64,000 nucleotides of DNA from contig NC_091999.1 in the NCBI RefSeq assembly GCF_044704955.1, positions 65,410,001 to 65,474,000 on the forward strand, read 5' to 3'. Positions 25,430-37,724 of this stretch are shown here, in pieces. The notes beneath the pieces are model-generated. The model made no database searches, was not told the origin of the DNA, and saw only the letters and a program-made list of their open reading frames with translations. This DNA comes from Pristiophorus japonicus. Lineage: Eukaryota. Positions within the stretch are counted from its first letter, which is position 1; each line of letters opens with the position of its first letter. A program made the position numbers and the translations under genes.

Positions 25430-26530
25430 AAGTAACAAAGAGGGTGGATGATGGTTTTGAAGTCGATCTTGGAAGTATAGACTTTCAAGTATCTCATAAA
25501 AGACTTATTTGGGAAATAGAAACACATGGGATTAAAAGGGTAGAGATAACTTCGGTACTTAATTTGCTGAGTGAGAGAAGACAGAGAGTAGTGGTGAACG
25601 AATGTTTTTTTCTGACTGGAGAGAAGTGGGGTCAACCATGGAACTGTTTTATGACCAGTGCTTTTCTTACTTTATGTATAAATTCCCTGAACGTATCTAT
25701 AGGGTGCATAGTCTTCAAGTTATTGGATAACGCAACACTTGGCAAAGTAGTACCCAGTGAGCAGGATAGCATTGGACTTCAGGAGGAAAGAGACAGACTG
25801 GTGAAATGGGCAGAAATGTGGCTGATGCAAGTTAACGAAGATAAGTAAAAGGGAGAGGAAATATAATCTAACTGGTACTATTTTGTGGGAGTGCAAGAGC
25901 AGAGGGACCTGGGGTGCTTATTCACATATCATTGAATGTGACCGCGCAAGTTGATGACACGGTGTATGGGATAATTGGTTTTGTAATCGGGCCATTTTAT
26001 ACAGAAGCGCGCAAGTCATGCTAACCCGTTACAAATCACTGGTTATGCATAGGTGGAGTAGTGTATACAATTCTGACCACCAAATTTAGGAAGATGACAA
26101 GACTTGAAATAGGTAGAGAGGAGGTTGGCAATGATGGTACCTGGTTTGAGAAACTTCAGTTATGTCGATGAATTCGAAAAGCTGAGATTGTTCCTGACAG
26201 GAGAGAAGGTTAAAGGGGTGACCTTACAGAGGAGTTTGAAATTGTGAGAGGTTTTGTCACAGTAATTAAGGAGAATTGATTTCCTTTGGTGAGTCAGTCG
26301 GCAATAAAAGGACACAGCTTTAAAATAATTGGCAAACGATCTACGGGGGAAATTAGGATTTTTTTTCAAAGAAAGAGTTGCAATTTCTGGAATGAACTAG
26401 ACATCTGGACGTGTAATTGTAGAGAACTCATTTGGAGTGTTACGTGGAAAAAGCTGGGTCTGGAATTTGGACAGCTCTTTCAGAGCCAGTACAGACAAAA
26501 CGTGCCAAAGATTCTATGCTCTGAGATTCT
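25430..26530 (+). mobile_element. Old CR1 LINE RT-3' fragment in the J-C intron
   Basis: RRQRVVVNECF, LQEERDRLVKWAEMWLM. Confidence 0.8.
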
Positions 26531-26534
26531 TAGT

Positions 26535-27580
26535 TCTCATATGACAGACTGATTGCGAAAGTAAAAACCCATGGGATCCAGGGCAAAGTGGCAAGTTGGA
26601 TCCCACATTGTGTCAGAGGCATGAAGGAAAGGGTAATGTTTGATAGTTGTTTGTGGGACTGGAAGACTGTTTCCAGTGGGATTCCGCAGGTCCATTGCTT
26701 TTTGTGATATATATCAATGATTTGGACTTCAATGTAGGGAGCATGATTAAGACGTTTGCAGATGATACTAAAATAGGCGCCTTTGTGCTTGATAATGAAG
26801 CAAAAAGCAGCAGACTGCAGGAGCATATGAATGAACTGGTCAGGTAGGCTGAATAGTGGCAAATGGATTTCAATCCGTGGAAGTGTGAGGTAATGCATTT
26901 GCGGAGGGAGAACAAGGCAGGGAAATAAACATTAAATTGCAAGAACCAGGAAGTGTGGAGGAACAAAGAAACCTTGGATTGCAGGTGCATAGATCCTTCA
27001 AAGTAGCAGTACAGGTATATAACGTGATGAAGCAGGCATACAAAATAATTGCCTTAATTACTCAGGGATCACATACAAGAGCGGGGAGGTTACGCCTCAA
27101 CAAATATAGAGAAGGGGATTACGAGGATGTTGCCCAGTCTGGAAAGTTTAAGCTATGAGAAAAGATTGAATAGTCTGCGTTTGTTTTCCATGGAACAGCG
27201 GAAACGGAGGGTTGATCTTATTGAGGTGTATATAATTATGATGGGCCTTGATAGAGTGGATAGGAAGGAGCAATTTCCCTTGGCAGAGGGATCAACAACC
27301 AAGTGATATCGATTTAACGTAATTGGTAAGCAATTTAGCGGAGGTATGAGGGGAAATTTATTCACCCAGAAGGTGGTGGGGGTCTGGACCTCTTCACTTG
27401 AAAGAGTGCTGGAGGCAGAAGACCACATCACATTTTTACGGGTGCTTGGGTGTGCACTTGAAATGATGTAACCTGCAGGACATGGACCGAGAGTTGCAAA
27501 GTGGGTTTCAGCTGGATAGCTGGAAAGCCGAAATGGCCTTCTTCTGAGCTATAAATGTCTACGGTGATTCTATGATTCTA
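26535..27580 (+). mobile_element. CR1 LINE RT-3' fragment in the J-C intron
   Basis: GPLLFVIYINDLD...FADDTKIG; 3' tail ATTCTATGATTCTA. Confidence 0.88.
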
Positions 27581-27879
27581 CTTGAGTCAGTGGAATGAGT
27601 TCTCCCATATTTAATTCGAGGAAACGATTCATAATGTTGAACACATCGATCAGATCGATGTTAATTGTTTGTTATAATGCAAGAGTTAATTATAAATAAA
27701 GGACCTGAGGAAGTTGACGCAAAGGATTCAGGTGGAAACCATCACACAGCAGATAGACATTCCTTGAACAATACTGGAAAAATCACATTCAGGCCTGTTA
27801 AAGTCCATATAATATAGATTAAACCTCCCTTTGCAACGTACTGCCATGCGCTCTATTGTCAAGTCTAGCAAGAAATACA

Positions 27880-28210
27880 TTCTGAGCAAAGCCAATTCTA
27901 CAAACACTCCTGGTAAGGTAAAATACAGAGTAAAGCTCCCTGTACACTGTCCCATCAGATATTCCCAGGGCAGGTACTGCACGGGATAAACACAGAGTAA
28001 AGCTCCCTGTACGCTGTCCCATCAAACACTCCCAGGGCAAGTAGAAGACGCGTTAGATACACATTAAATTCTAACTCTACACTGTCCGATGAAAGACTCA
28101 TGCGACTGTTACAGCACGGGTTAAATATAGAAGTTCCCTCCACATTGCACAGTGAACAACACCAAGGGAAGGTATGACACGGGTTAGAAACCGATTAAAG
28201 CTCCTTCTAT
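27880..28210 (-). repeat. 67-bp satellite fragment
   Basis: CAGAGTAAAGCTCCCTGTAC-CTGTCCCATCAAACACTCCCAGG units. Confidence 0.75.
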
Positions 28211-29654
28211 AGAAGTGCTTAGGAACTGTTTATTCTGAATATCACAAACTGTTTTCACTGAACCCATTCACGATTCGCCCCATCAAACTTAAATTCAAAC
28301 TATCGCAATTCTCACAGATAAAACCTTCTGAAATAACTGAGACGAATTGTACTCCATGAAACACGGGAGGCACCTTTAAAACCAATTAGGAGGACTCCTG
28401 ATTCTCATACAGAAACATAGGCGCACAAAAACGGAGCAGGCAGAAACCGTGCACCAATCGTGTTCTCAGCAGATACATCGGTCCATTCTGTCAAGTTTAT
28501 TAAACTGATTTCTAATTGATCTCTTCTCAATTTGCGACCATCTCAGGTCTGCACGTACTTTGAAATTAAACTGATATTAATTTGGAAAACATCGCTTCGA
28601 CTTCCAGTTGTTTCTCTCTCCCTGTCTATAACCTTATAAGCCGTGGAAGATTTATTTTCCCTGAAAACAAATTATATCAGAGTTTCAGAAATCTGGAGAA
28701 ATTAATATTTAAAATCGATTACCCACAGGTTTAAGATAAGTTCATAACTAATTATAACCTTTAAAATCATCGACGCATCGATCATTAAAACCTGCAGCGA
28801 CAATTTATTGACCTGAGCACGACGGAGTAATACATGTATAGTGTCCTCAATTAATATTAGACATAATTTAGCATTCTCGCCAGCATTGAAATTTTGGAGT
28901 AACTGTAATCTTGTCCACTGTACAACACAATTCTTGAAGGTCGTTTATCTTCAATAAATTGGCACTGATATTATACTTTAAGACAACATTGATGTTAGCT
29001 GATGTTATACTGAATTATAATAACATTAGTTATTATTTATTTTAATCCTATTTCTAATTGTTACCTTGTGAACAATTACGGTTTTACTTAAATTAACATG
29101 GCACTTATAAATATTAAAATGTTATGAATCATATTAATAGTTACAAACATTCAGATAAATATATTATTTTTACTTAAATTACATTCAATAAGTTAAAATG
29201 GTCACTAGTTCCAACACATTCCCGCTCTCTATATAAACACTTGTAAACTGCATGTTTAGGTTATGATACAACATAAACTCCATATTTTCTCAGACTGCAT
29301 TCCACATAATGGATTTAGGAGTGGACTATTTTAAATAGTTCGAATTCTGGGCCTGGTTAGATCTCACTGACTACCGATGAGCTGTAACGCTGTGTGTTTA
29401 CTAAATCAGGGCCCTTCTGTTTAAAAATTACCCTCAATCTTAATTATGAAATAATATTTTATGAAGTGAAAGGCAAGAGGCAATCAGTAAGAGAGCCCCG
29501 GCTGTTTAATAACACAGTCAATCTTTTATATTATACTCCCGTAATTAACACAATGCCCTTAAATGAATTAAATAAATTCTCCTATTTATTGAAACTACGT
29601 TCGAGACCGATCAAAAAATAACTGGCGGGGAACAAATCATTCAGACCATGTGCG

Positions 29655-30330
29655 ACACTGAAATGCAATGAGCAAATGGAGGAGAAATTGTGTTGAACAA
29701 GTTAACATGAATGCGAATTAAATATAACTCTCAGTAATAATCTGTTCACCGTCTATAATTATATCCCGTGTGCAGCACAGCTATGGGGGATAGGATGTTG
29801 TTATTCAATTCAAAAATAACATTGACCTTTTGTATATAAATGAATATGCTTAAATTTCAAGGGGTGATGTGCCTGTTTCCAGCCTTACTCAATCTGCACC
29901 TTCCTGGAATTTCAATGGTAATGTGCCTGTCTCCAGCCTTACTCAATCTGCATCTTCCTGGAATTTCAATGGGTTATGTGCCTGCCTCCAGCGTTACTCA
30001 ATCTGCACCTTCCTCGAATGTCAATGGGTTATGTGCCTGTCTCCAACCTTACTCAATCTGCACCTTCCTTGAATTTCAATGGGTTATATGCCTGTCTCCA
30101 GCCTTACTCAATCTGCACCTTCCTTGAATTTAAATAGAATCATATGAACAATGCTTTGACTGCCAGCGAGAACGAAATGCAATGAGCAAAATAGAAAAGA
30201 GATTTTGTTGATCAATTTAACATGAATGATAATTAAATATATCTCCCAGTTGGAATCTGTTCACTGTTTATAATGTTATCTCGTGTTCAGCACAGCTATG
30301 GAAGGCAGGATGTTGTTATTCAATTCACGA
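29655..30330. repeat. Five 55-bp tandem units (29853-30126) flanked by a ~155-bp direct repeat (~29655-29812 and ~30172-30327)
   Basis: Unit AATTTCAATGGGTTATGTGCCTGTCTCCAGCCTTACTCAATCTGCACCTTCCTTG; flanks share GAAATGCAATGAGCAAA...CAGCACAGCTATGG...AGGATGTTGTTATTCAATTCA. Confidence 0.9.
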
Positions 30331-30699
30331 TCTTACTAGTGATTTCAGGTTAGTTTAGTGATCATTGGCTCGCTATCAAAAAACAAATAATACGGGCGAA
30401 ATTACATGGTTTCGGCTGAACCATAAGAATATAATAAGACGACATATTTATGACATTTACAAACTGCAATTTACAACTCGCATGTAATTGATAACCTGCG
30501 TAAAACATAGAGATAACAATTAATTATAAACATTTACATTTTTATCTCATTAAACTGTGGTGGAATCAGTCCGCCATTAATAAAATAATTTCAAACGTAA
30601 CCAGACATTGTCTCCATGCTCTTAAATTTTCCGTTCACGTTAATTGAGACCAGTGCACAGCAGAATTGTTGAAGGCGAATCATGTTTAATGCATTAATA

Positions 30700-31960
30700 T
30701 TAATGCTGTACTAAATGTAGTGATACTGGGCAATATTACCGCATTATAATAGTTTGAGTGATATTAATTCAACTATATTTAAAGTTGCACATTTTTAGTT
30801 GAATATTTCGTAATTACAGTAACATTTCACGTCTGTGTGCACCTTAAACCATAGATTAATAGTTGAATCTGTAATTATCACTTAAATAAACAGATGGAGT
30901 CAATTATTTGATTTATAAAACCTACTTGTTGTCTGCCTAGAATAAACTTTCAAACAGTTTAAAATGAATCATAAAAACATTTAGCAGTTCGATGTCACTG
31001 AGCTTAAACATTGCACGCACAAAAGCCAAACACTTTTACAAAGCTTAGTTATCCCAATTCACCCAGCCGTACACTCTGCTAAGCAGATAAATAGCAAATC
31101 ACAGCACTGAGGGGCTGAATCCCGCAACTGGACACCTTGTGAAGAAGCAGCTTAACTCTATAAACCATTTCAGGATAATCTGATGTAACTTTGCCAAAAG
31201 GAACCTCATTACAGAATCCACTGAACGCGTCTATCACTGAACGAATTAATTATTGAATTAAGCAGAAATATAAAATAATGACAGCAGATTTGTGAGTAAA
31301 TGGATCATGCTTAATAAATTGATATTGATATAGGATATTGTTGTACTATTGCATGCTATTACTACAATATAATAATTTAATTTATGTTAATTTAAAGCTG
31401 TTTCAAGCTACTAAATTGTTAATTCAGTGGTTATTACCAACAGTAAAATTTCACGTTTTAAATATGACCGATAGTGAACATTAGATTATTCGATAACAAT
31501 GGTAAATATCTGAAATAAAAGATGATTAAAGTATCTGAAGATTATTTTTGACTGCTAAAGCTGTCTGTGTTTTGCCTAAAATCTTATTTCAAACAAATGG
31601 AAGCATAATATTGATATTTGGTCAGAAAAACTGAACTAATTAGATGTCACAGGAGTAATCATTGCAGAAATTCCAAAACATTTAACAGCCATTGGGCATT
31701 AAAAGTAACCCAAGTGCACATTCCGATCAACAGATAATCACCAAATCACATTAATCAGGGGCTCAATCGCTCGCCATCATTTTCTGTGGAGAAGCAGTCT
31801 AGTTCCACAAACGCATTGAAGCAGGATCACATGAAACATTGCGGAAAATCTCAATACATAACCCAGCGAAACCAAGTTTCAGTGAATGAATGAATTATTG
31901 AAATAAATAGAAATATAAAATAAATACACAAATTCAACAGTTACCCAATGAGTGTATGAT
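30700..31960. repeat. Ancient ~630-bp tandem duplication of the J-proximal intron
   Basis: Colinear shared blocks at ~620-660 bp offset: CAGTAA.ATTTCACGT, TGCCTA.AAT, GATGTCAC, AGGGGCT.AATC, GTG.AGAAGCAG, AATTATTGAA...AGAAATATAAAATAA. Confidence 0.7.
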
Positions 31961-31969
31961 TTTTTTTAC

Positions 31970-32332
31970 CTGCAGTCACTGTCACCATGGTCCCCTGTCC
32001 CCACTCCGCGAGAGAGTACCAGCCAACATCTCTTCCACAGTAATAGATGGCGGTGTCTTCGGTCCTCAGATTCTTCATATCCAACGTAAAGATACTGTTT
32101 GAAGTGTCTTTCCATGCACTAAATCTGCTCTCAATCTCTGGGGCATAATACTTGTTCGATGGACTGTTGAAGTAAACCAGCCACTCCAGCCCCTGTCCAG
32201 GAACCTGGCGGACCCAGCTCATCCAGTCGCTGCCAAGACTGAGCCCGCTGGATTTACAGTTCAAAGTCAGGGAGCCTCCGGGAATCCTGGTCTCTGCCTC
32301 GGGCTGAGTCAACACCACATCCGACTGGGCAC
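31970..32332 (-). CDS. IGHV: Pre-joined in-frame VH-D-JH exon (363 nt)
   Basis: TTTCACAG|GT GCC CAG TCG; DVVLTQPEA...C...[12 protein letters not shown]...[30 protein letters not shown]; donor G|GTAAAA; no heptamer or nonamer between V and J. Confidence 0.96.
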
Positions 32333-32459
32333 CTGTGAAAATAATCAAAATACCCAGAAGATTAATCCTCGAGAAATGATTCCTGACTCAGTAATATTCC
32401 AGAGAGAGGCTAAGACTGAGACATTAACATTGAGAATCTGGACAATGAAAACTACTCAC

Positions 32460-32505
32460 ACGTTAAAAATGCCAGCAAAAGATGAAGAGAAATCGCCGAC
32501 CTCAT
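32460..32505 (-). CDS. IGHV: VH leader exon
   Basis: ATG at 32505; MRSAISLHLLLAFLT plus phase-1 T|GTGAGT; 127-nt intron to the V exon. Confidence 0.93.
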
Positions 32506-32597
32506 TCTCCCGGGAAAGTGTGGGAAATGGTTCAGGCTAGAACTCACTGAGAAAACCCACTCCAGGACTGTTGTATTGCAGTCCCAGTGACTGGCCG

Positions 32598-32680
32598 TTA
32601 AATACCCGGGAGATGGGGGCGATGCTACAGGTACCACCCATTGATTCCTTGATATAGGTGGCTTCTGGATCCACGTCACA
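32598..32680 (-). promoter_or_regulatory. VH promoter: TATA-like TATTTAA (32598-32604) and CRE/ATF-like TGACGTGG (32671-32678); no octamer seen
   Basis: Motifs ~95 and ~170 nt upstream of the ATG; fits the octamer-less, CRE/decamer-type promoters described for shark VH genes. Confidence 0.6.
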
Positions 32681-34092
32681 CCTATTTCCTCACTCCCTTA
32701 TAGGGGATGTCAATATCGAAATTTTCTTTACATTATCAGGGTCTAACGACACTGCCAGCATGTGTTTCTCCATCTCCCGGTAATTATCCACTCATGCTGT
32801 ACCAATAAATTATCCCCTGTAATATGAATTCCTTTTTCTTTTTAACTGAATGCGGGAGATGGGTAAAGTGGATCGCCATAGCTATACGATTTAGGTCAAG
32901 AGATGAATACAAACCCTGCACATGACATAAGTGTCTCCCATTGCTTTTCTCTAATCACCCCTGAGTCTGGGACCCTAAAACAGTCCTTTATTAAATTAGT
33001 TGCAAAATAAGTCCACTTGCCTGATAGTTAAGCAGCGAGTTGTGGAGAAAAATAAGAAGGTGGGGCCCGCCCTCTCCAGTTCAGCATTTTAGGAGAGACG
33101 CTGGTGAATCAGATCTGGTAATGCGATCAGAAAACCCCGGCATCCAAATCCTTGCATCTAACTTTAATAGCACCCAAATTTGTAACATACAGGGGTATCA
33201 GGAACACAGTCTGTCAGGATTTAGCAGTATGTTACAGAATACTACAGAAATAAATGCTTTATCTCCCGCTGAAACAGTTCTCTACCCATTGGTAGTCGGG
33301 CTGAGACGGGTGTTCATGGATCCAAATAAGCCAATATTACATTGCACAGTGCACAACTGCTGATCATTAATAAGGGAGACTTTAGTTTAATCAGGAGCAG
33401 AATTATGTAAGAATATTCAACGAAGTGCAGCGGGTTCGAGGTAATGCCACCTTTGTTTTATTTACTTTGCGTTTCCGACTCACCTCATTACAGTGTGGGG
33501 TGGGGTCATCAGAAGTTCATGCGGTGCTGAATAAAGGGAATGGATGATCGAGAAATGTCTTTATTTGGAAATAGTTTTAATTAAACACCATATGTAACAA
33601 TGTATTATTTCCTGATTAAATTTTATAATGTTATGCGCATAGGCTTTATTGAAATTAATTCAGTGGAATTTATACCACATAAAATACATATTTCTTGTAC
33701 AACTATTTAATATTTTAATGTTCAAATAGTTAAATCCCATCTTTCTGCCATTCTTGTTCACATTCATCTGACCCACACAGTATTTGGCAGCAAACCAGCC
33801 GACTGCCGTCAGCGAGGCTCCAACACCCAATGTCATTTACAGGAAGCATCTGGGGTTCTGTGCAGTCTCTCAACGATGTGTTTCCTCACAACTGAGCACT
33901 TGGCTGAAAGCCAACTGCAAACCCTTTACATTGTGAATGAGGCCTATTTAGATACAAATCTACCCAGCAACAGTACTGAGTTAAGTTTAATTTATTAGTT
34001 GTGTAAATGTGTGTAACTGTTCTCATCTCGCAGGAAAGGAAATATATCCAACATCTGAGACAGCATGTCAGCAGCAGCAATCAGTTGGAGCA

Positions 34093-34287
34093 NNNNNNNN
34101 NNNNNNNNNNNNNNNNNNNNNNNNNNNNNNNNNNNNNNNNNNNNNNNNNNNNNNNNNNNNNNNNNNNNNNNNNNNNNNNNNNNNNNNNNNNNNNNNNNNN
34201 NNNNNNNNNNNNNNNNNNNNNNNNNNNNNNNNNNNNNNNNNNNNNNNNNNNNNNNNNNNNNNNNNNNNNNNNNNNNNNNNNNNNNNN
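34093..34287. other. Assembly gap (195 N)
   Basis: Run of N. Confidence 1.
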
Positions 34288-34649
34288 ACACCTCAGAGGT
34301 AGGATATATTATGAAATAAATAAGTATGCATGTATGCGAAGATGGATAGTTGGATGCAGCAGTGCAGGTATGATGGATAGTTCTATGCCCGAATATGTTT
34401 TTATTAATGGACCGCTGGATGAATAAATGAATGCATAAATGAACGAATGAATGGGGCCTAAACAGTGCTTAATAAAAAGTTAGCACTAATTAATTGCTTT
34501 TGTACTCTGCGCCTCCATTAATAAAGGCAAAAATGCAATATTCCTTGTTAAAAGCCTGCTAAGCTTGTGCTGTCACATGCCACCGGACTCCACCATGTCC
34601 CTCTGTTCCTGCATACCATTCCAATTGTACATTTCCCAAGGACGATGCA

Positions 34650-34925
34650 ATACAAACAGATATCTGATCTAGTGCAAATTAACAGTTAGGGCCTTGCAAC
34701 AGCAACATTGTGCAGTGCATTAATAACCGAGATATCGCCCAGAGAAATGTAAACAGTGATCGGGACGAGTGCAGTGATAATTGTGAAAGTGTCTATTGTA
34801 ATATAAACAGAGACAGGGTCTAGTCTAATATAAACAGCGACAGGGTCTCGTGATACCTAACCAGGGTCCGAGTCTAGTGCAGTAACAACTGAGGCAGGAT
34901 CTAGTGTAATCTAAATAGAGACATA
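34650..34925 (-). repeat. 27-bp satellite (inverted)
   Basis: TAAACAGAGACAGGGTCTAGTGTAATA-type units. Confidence 0.75.
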
Positions 34926-36240
34926 GAAGCACTGGAGAGCTTGAAGAAAATATTTACAAAGATGGTACCAGTAAGACGAGGTTATACCAATCAGGAAAGG
35001 ATGTAAAGGCTGGCTGTCTTTCCTCTTGACAATGGAAGGCTTCGGCGTGATCTAATAGCGGTCTTTAAAATTATGAAAGGTTTTGATAGAGTGCTTGCAG
35101 AGATTATGTTTCCTCTTGTGGGGAAGAGCAAAAGTAGAGGCAATCAAATATTATGTGGAATTCAGAAGAAACCTCTTTATAAAATCATAGAATCGTTATA
35201 GCACGTAAAAGTCCATTCGTCCCGTTGAGTCTGTGACGACTCTCAGCTAGTCCCACACCCCCGGCCTCTTCTCGTAGCCTTGCACGGTTTTATTTCACAT
35301 ACTTATACAATTCCCTTTTGAAAGATAAATTCAGCTTTTCAGGCAGCGCATACCAGATAAGCACTTACTGCATGAAAACGTTTATTGTTATGTCGCAATT
35401 TGCTCTTTTGCCAATAACCTTAAATTTGTGTCCTCTCTTTCTGGACGCTTCTAACAATGGGAACAGTTTCCTGCAATTTACTCTGTGCAGACCCCTCAGA
35501 GAGTGGTGAGTACTCGCTAGAATGGGGAGCGATTACATTGAAGGGAGGTGAGCTAAGCATATGTGGATTGAAGGGAACAGAGGGTTATGCTGATAGATTT
35601 AAATAAGAAAGCGTGGAAGGAAACTGGAGTGGAGCATAAATGCCGGTATGTACTGTGGAGCAGAAGAACCCTTTTCTATGCTGTTTATTCTGCGTAATTC
35701 TACATAATATCTATGTAATATTCCCTCTGGTTCTTTAACCATTCATGTTGAATCTCTGAACACTTGTTTATGATTCGTATTCCACTGAAAACGGTATAAC
35801 ATTATATAATCTATCAAAATGCTTCATTATCTTGACCATCTGTATCTCATCTCCCATTAAACTTCAATGACCTTGTTGACTTATTATAAATCTGTTTATA
35901 TCCCATTTCAGCCTTTTTATGTCCTCCTCACTGTTACTTTCCTACCTAACCTCGTATTGTCAGCAAACTTAAATACATTAAACACGTAACCCTCATCGAA
36001 GTCATAATTTTAGTTACTTGTAGAAGCTCTTATTTTTTTGCTATTTTATTCTCATATTGTATTTGCGCTCACTTTATCAATTGCCTGGTCATCTTTTGCT
36101 GAATTCTAAAATCTTGCCAATCACTGGGCTTCCGACTCTTTTGGCAACATTCTAAGCCTGTTCGTTTAATCTAATATAACTTTCCCTGTGAGCCACGGTT
36201 GGACTATTTTTCCTGAGAGGTTTTTATTCCTTAAGGATGT
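34925..36240. mobile_element. Nested CR1 LINE fragments in both orientations
   Basis: A plus-strand CR1 3' end interrupted by an antisense CR1 tail, followed by further antisense pieces. Confidence 0.65.
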
Positions 36241-37039
36241 GTATTTACACTGACGGCTCTGTAAGATGAGGTAAAGGTGAATTTATAACAGTAATGTTGG
36301 TCATTTCTCCCTTAATTCGTCCTGATCTCTTGGCCCTCATGTGGTTTGCTGTAAGAAACTCCTCTGGGTGAACGTCACTAACTTCATGCAAGTTATTTGA
36401 GTGGAATTATCAATCATTTTTAAAATCACCTCTGGCGCTGTGTAATAGATGTTGTTCATCAGCAGGTGCCGACAGTGAACTTATTTAATCATGAGTCATG
36501 ATTATTGCTGATATGGCCGAAATTGATGAGCGTATCAGTAACTGCCTGCACTGTCAGAACAAGCAATATAATTTTTATCAATATTAATCACATTCAAATT
36601 ACTGCTCAGGCAGTCCAAATTCAAGAGAGCATTTATCCTCAGCAATAATCTGAAGCAGAAAAAAAGATTGAATATATTTCAATCCACACCTTAGGAAAGA
36701 TGTCAACTCCTTGGAGAGGGTGCAAGTAAGATTGACACGAGGGAGAAGGAATTTCCGTTATGTGCATTGTTCTTCGTCGAGAGAAGTTTATGAGGAGAAT
36801 TAATAGAGGTGTTAAAATTATGAACACGTTGGATAGCATTGAAATATGCTATGGATTCTACCGGCAGGAGTGTCGGTAACCACAGGACACAGATTTAATA
36901 TAATTGACAAAATAAGTCCAGAGGGAAGATAAGGAGGTTTTTTTACATGGCGAGTTGCAATAATCTGGAATGTATTGCCCGAAAGTGTGGTGGATCCAAT
37001 TTCAATAAAAACGTTCAAAGAGGGCCAAGGATATATATT

Positions 37040-37325
37040 GCAAATCGAAAGATGGTCAAGTGAAATATAAACAGAGACAGTCTCTAATGTAATGTAAAGA
37101 GAGACAGGATCTAGTGCAGTAATAACTGAGAGTTTTCTAGGGTAATATAAACAGAGACAGCGCCAAAAGTAATAAAAGCAGAGAAATGGTCGAGTGTAAT
37201 ATAAATAGAGGCAGGGTCAAGTGTAATACAAACAGGGACAAGATCTAGTTTAATTTAAAAAGGGACAGGGCCTGGTTTAATTTAAACACAGACAGAGTCT
37301 AGTGCGATAATAACTGAGACGGGGG
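37040..37325 (-). repeat. 27-bp satellite (inverted)
   Basis: ATATAAACAGAGACAGGGTCTAGTGTA-type units. Confidence 0.8.
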
Positions 37326-37724
37326 ACTGGGAAATTTGAAAATAAACCGAAGAGTGAAAAAAAAAAAGATCATTGACACAAGCAGCCTTAACATTAAATA
37401 CCGCTCCACAAGCGGTGGGACTCCTGCAGCTGACCCTGTTGTCGCCTGGCGATGCAGCAGGGGTCAGAACCGAAATTTGGACCCACGGCGCTACCGGGTC
37501 CTTAAACAGTTGGATGATGTCACGATATTCGGGAGCAGTAAATCGTGGCTCTCGAGATTGCCACGGATGGAAAAATCAATGACAATTTTGTGGGAATCAG
37601 TACCCTCGCCGCAACTGATCATCAAGCCAATGCATCAAGCCGATAGCGTCCCATTACTATTCTCCACTCCCCCCATCCAGAGGTGCTGAAGGGAGGGGCA
37701 ACTGAGGCAAATTTCTCCCGCTTA

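Noticed and set aside
18703-32505. Identity with IgM1gj, IgNAR or IgW
   Set aside because: Four mu-type CH exons including CH2 are present; V has a full FR2/CDR2 with V-G-L-W light-chain contact residues; the tailpiece is IgM-type.
31970-32505. Processed retrocopy as the origin of the joined VDJ
   Set aside because: The leader intron, J-C intron and all C introns are present.
33345-33351. CACAGTG heptamer upstream of the leader
   Set aside because: No nonamer at 12 or 22/23 spacing and no adjacent coding segment.
33995-34426. ORFs containing X runs
   Set aside because: Artefacts of the N gap.
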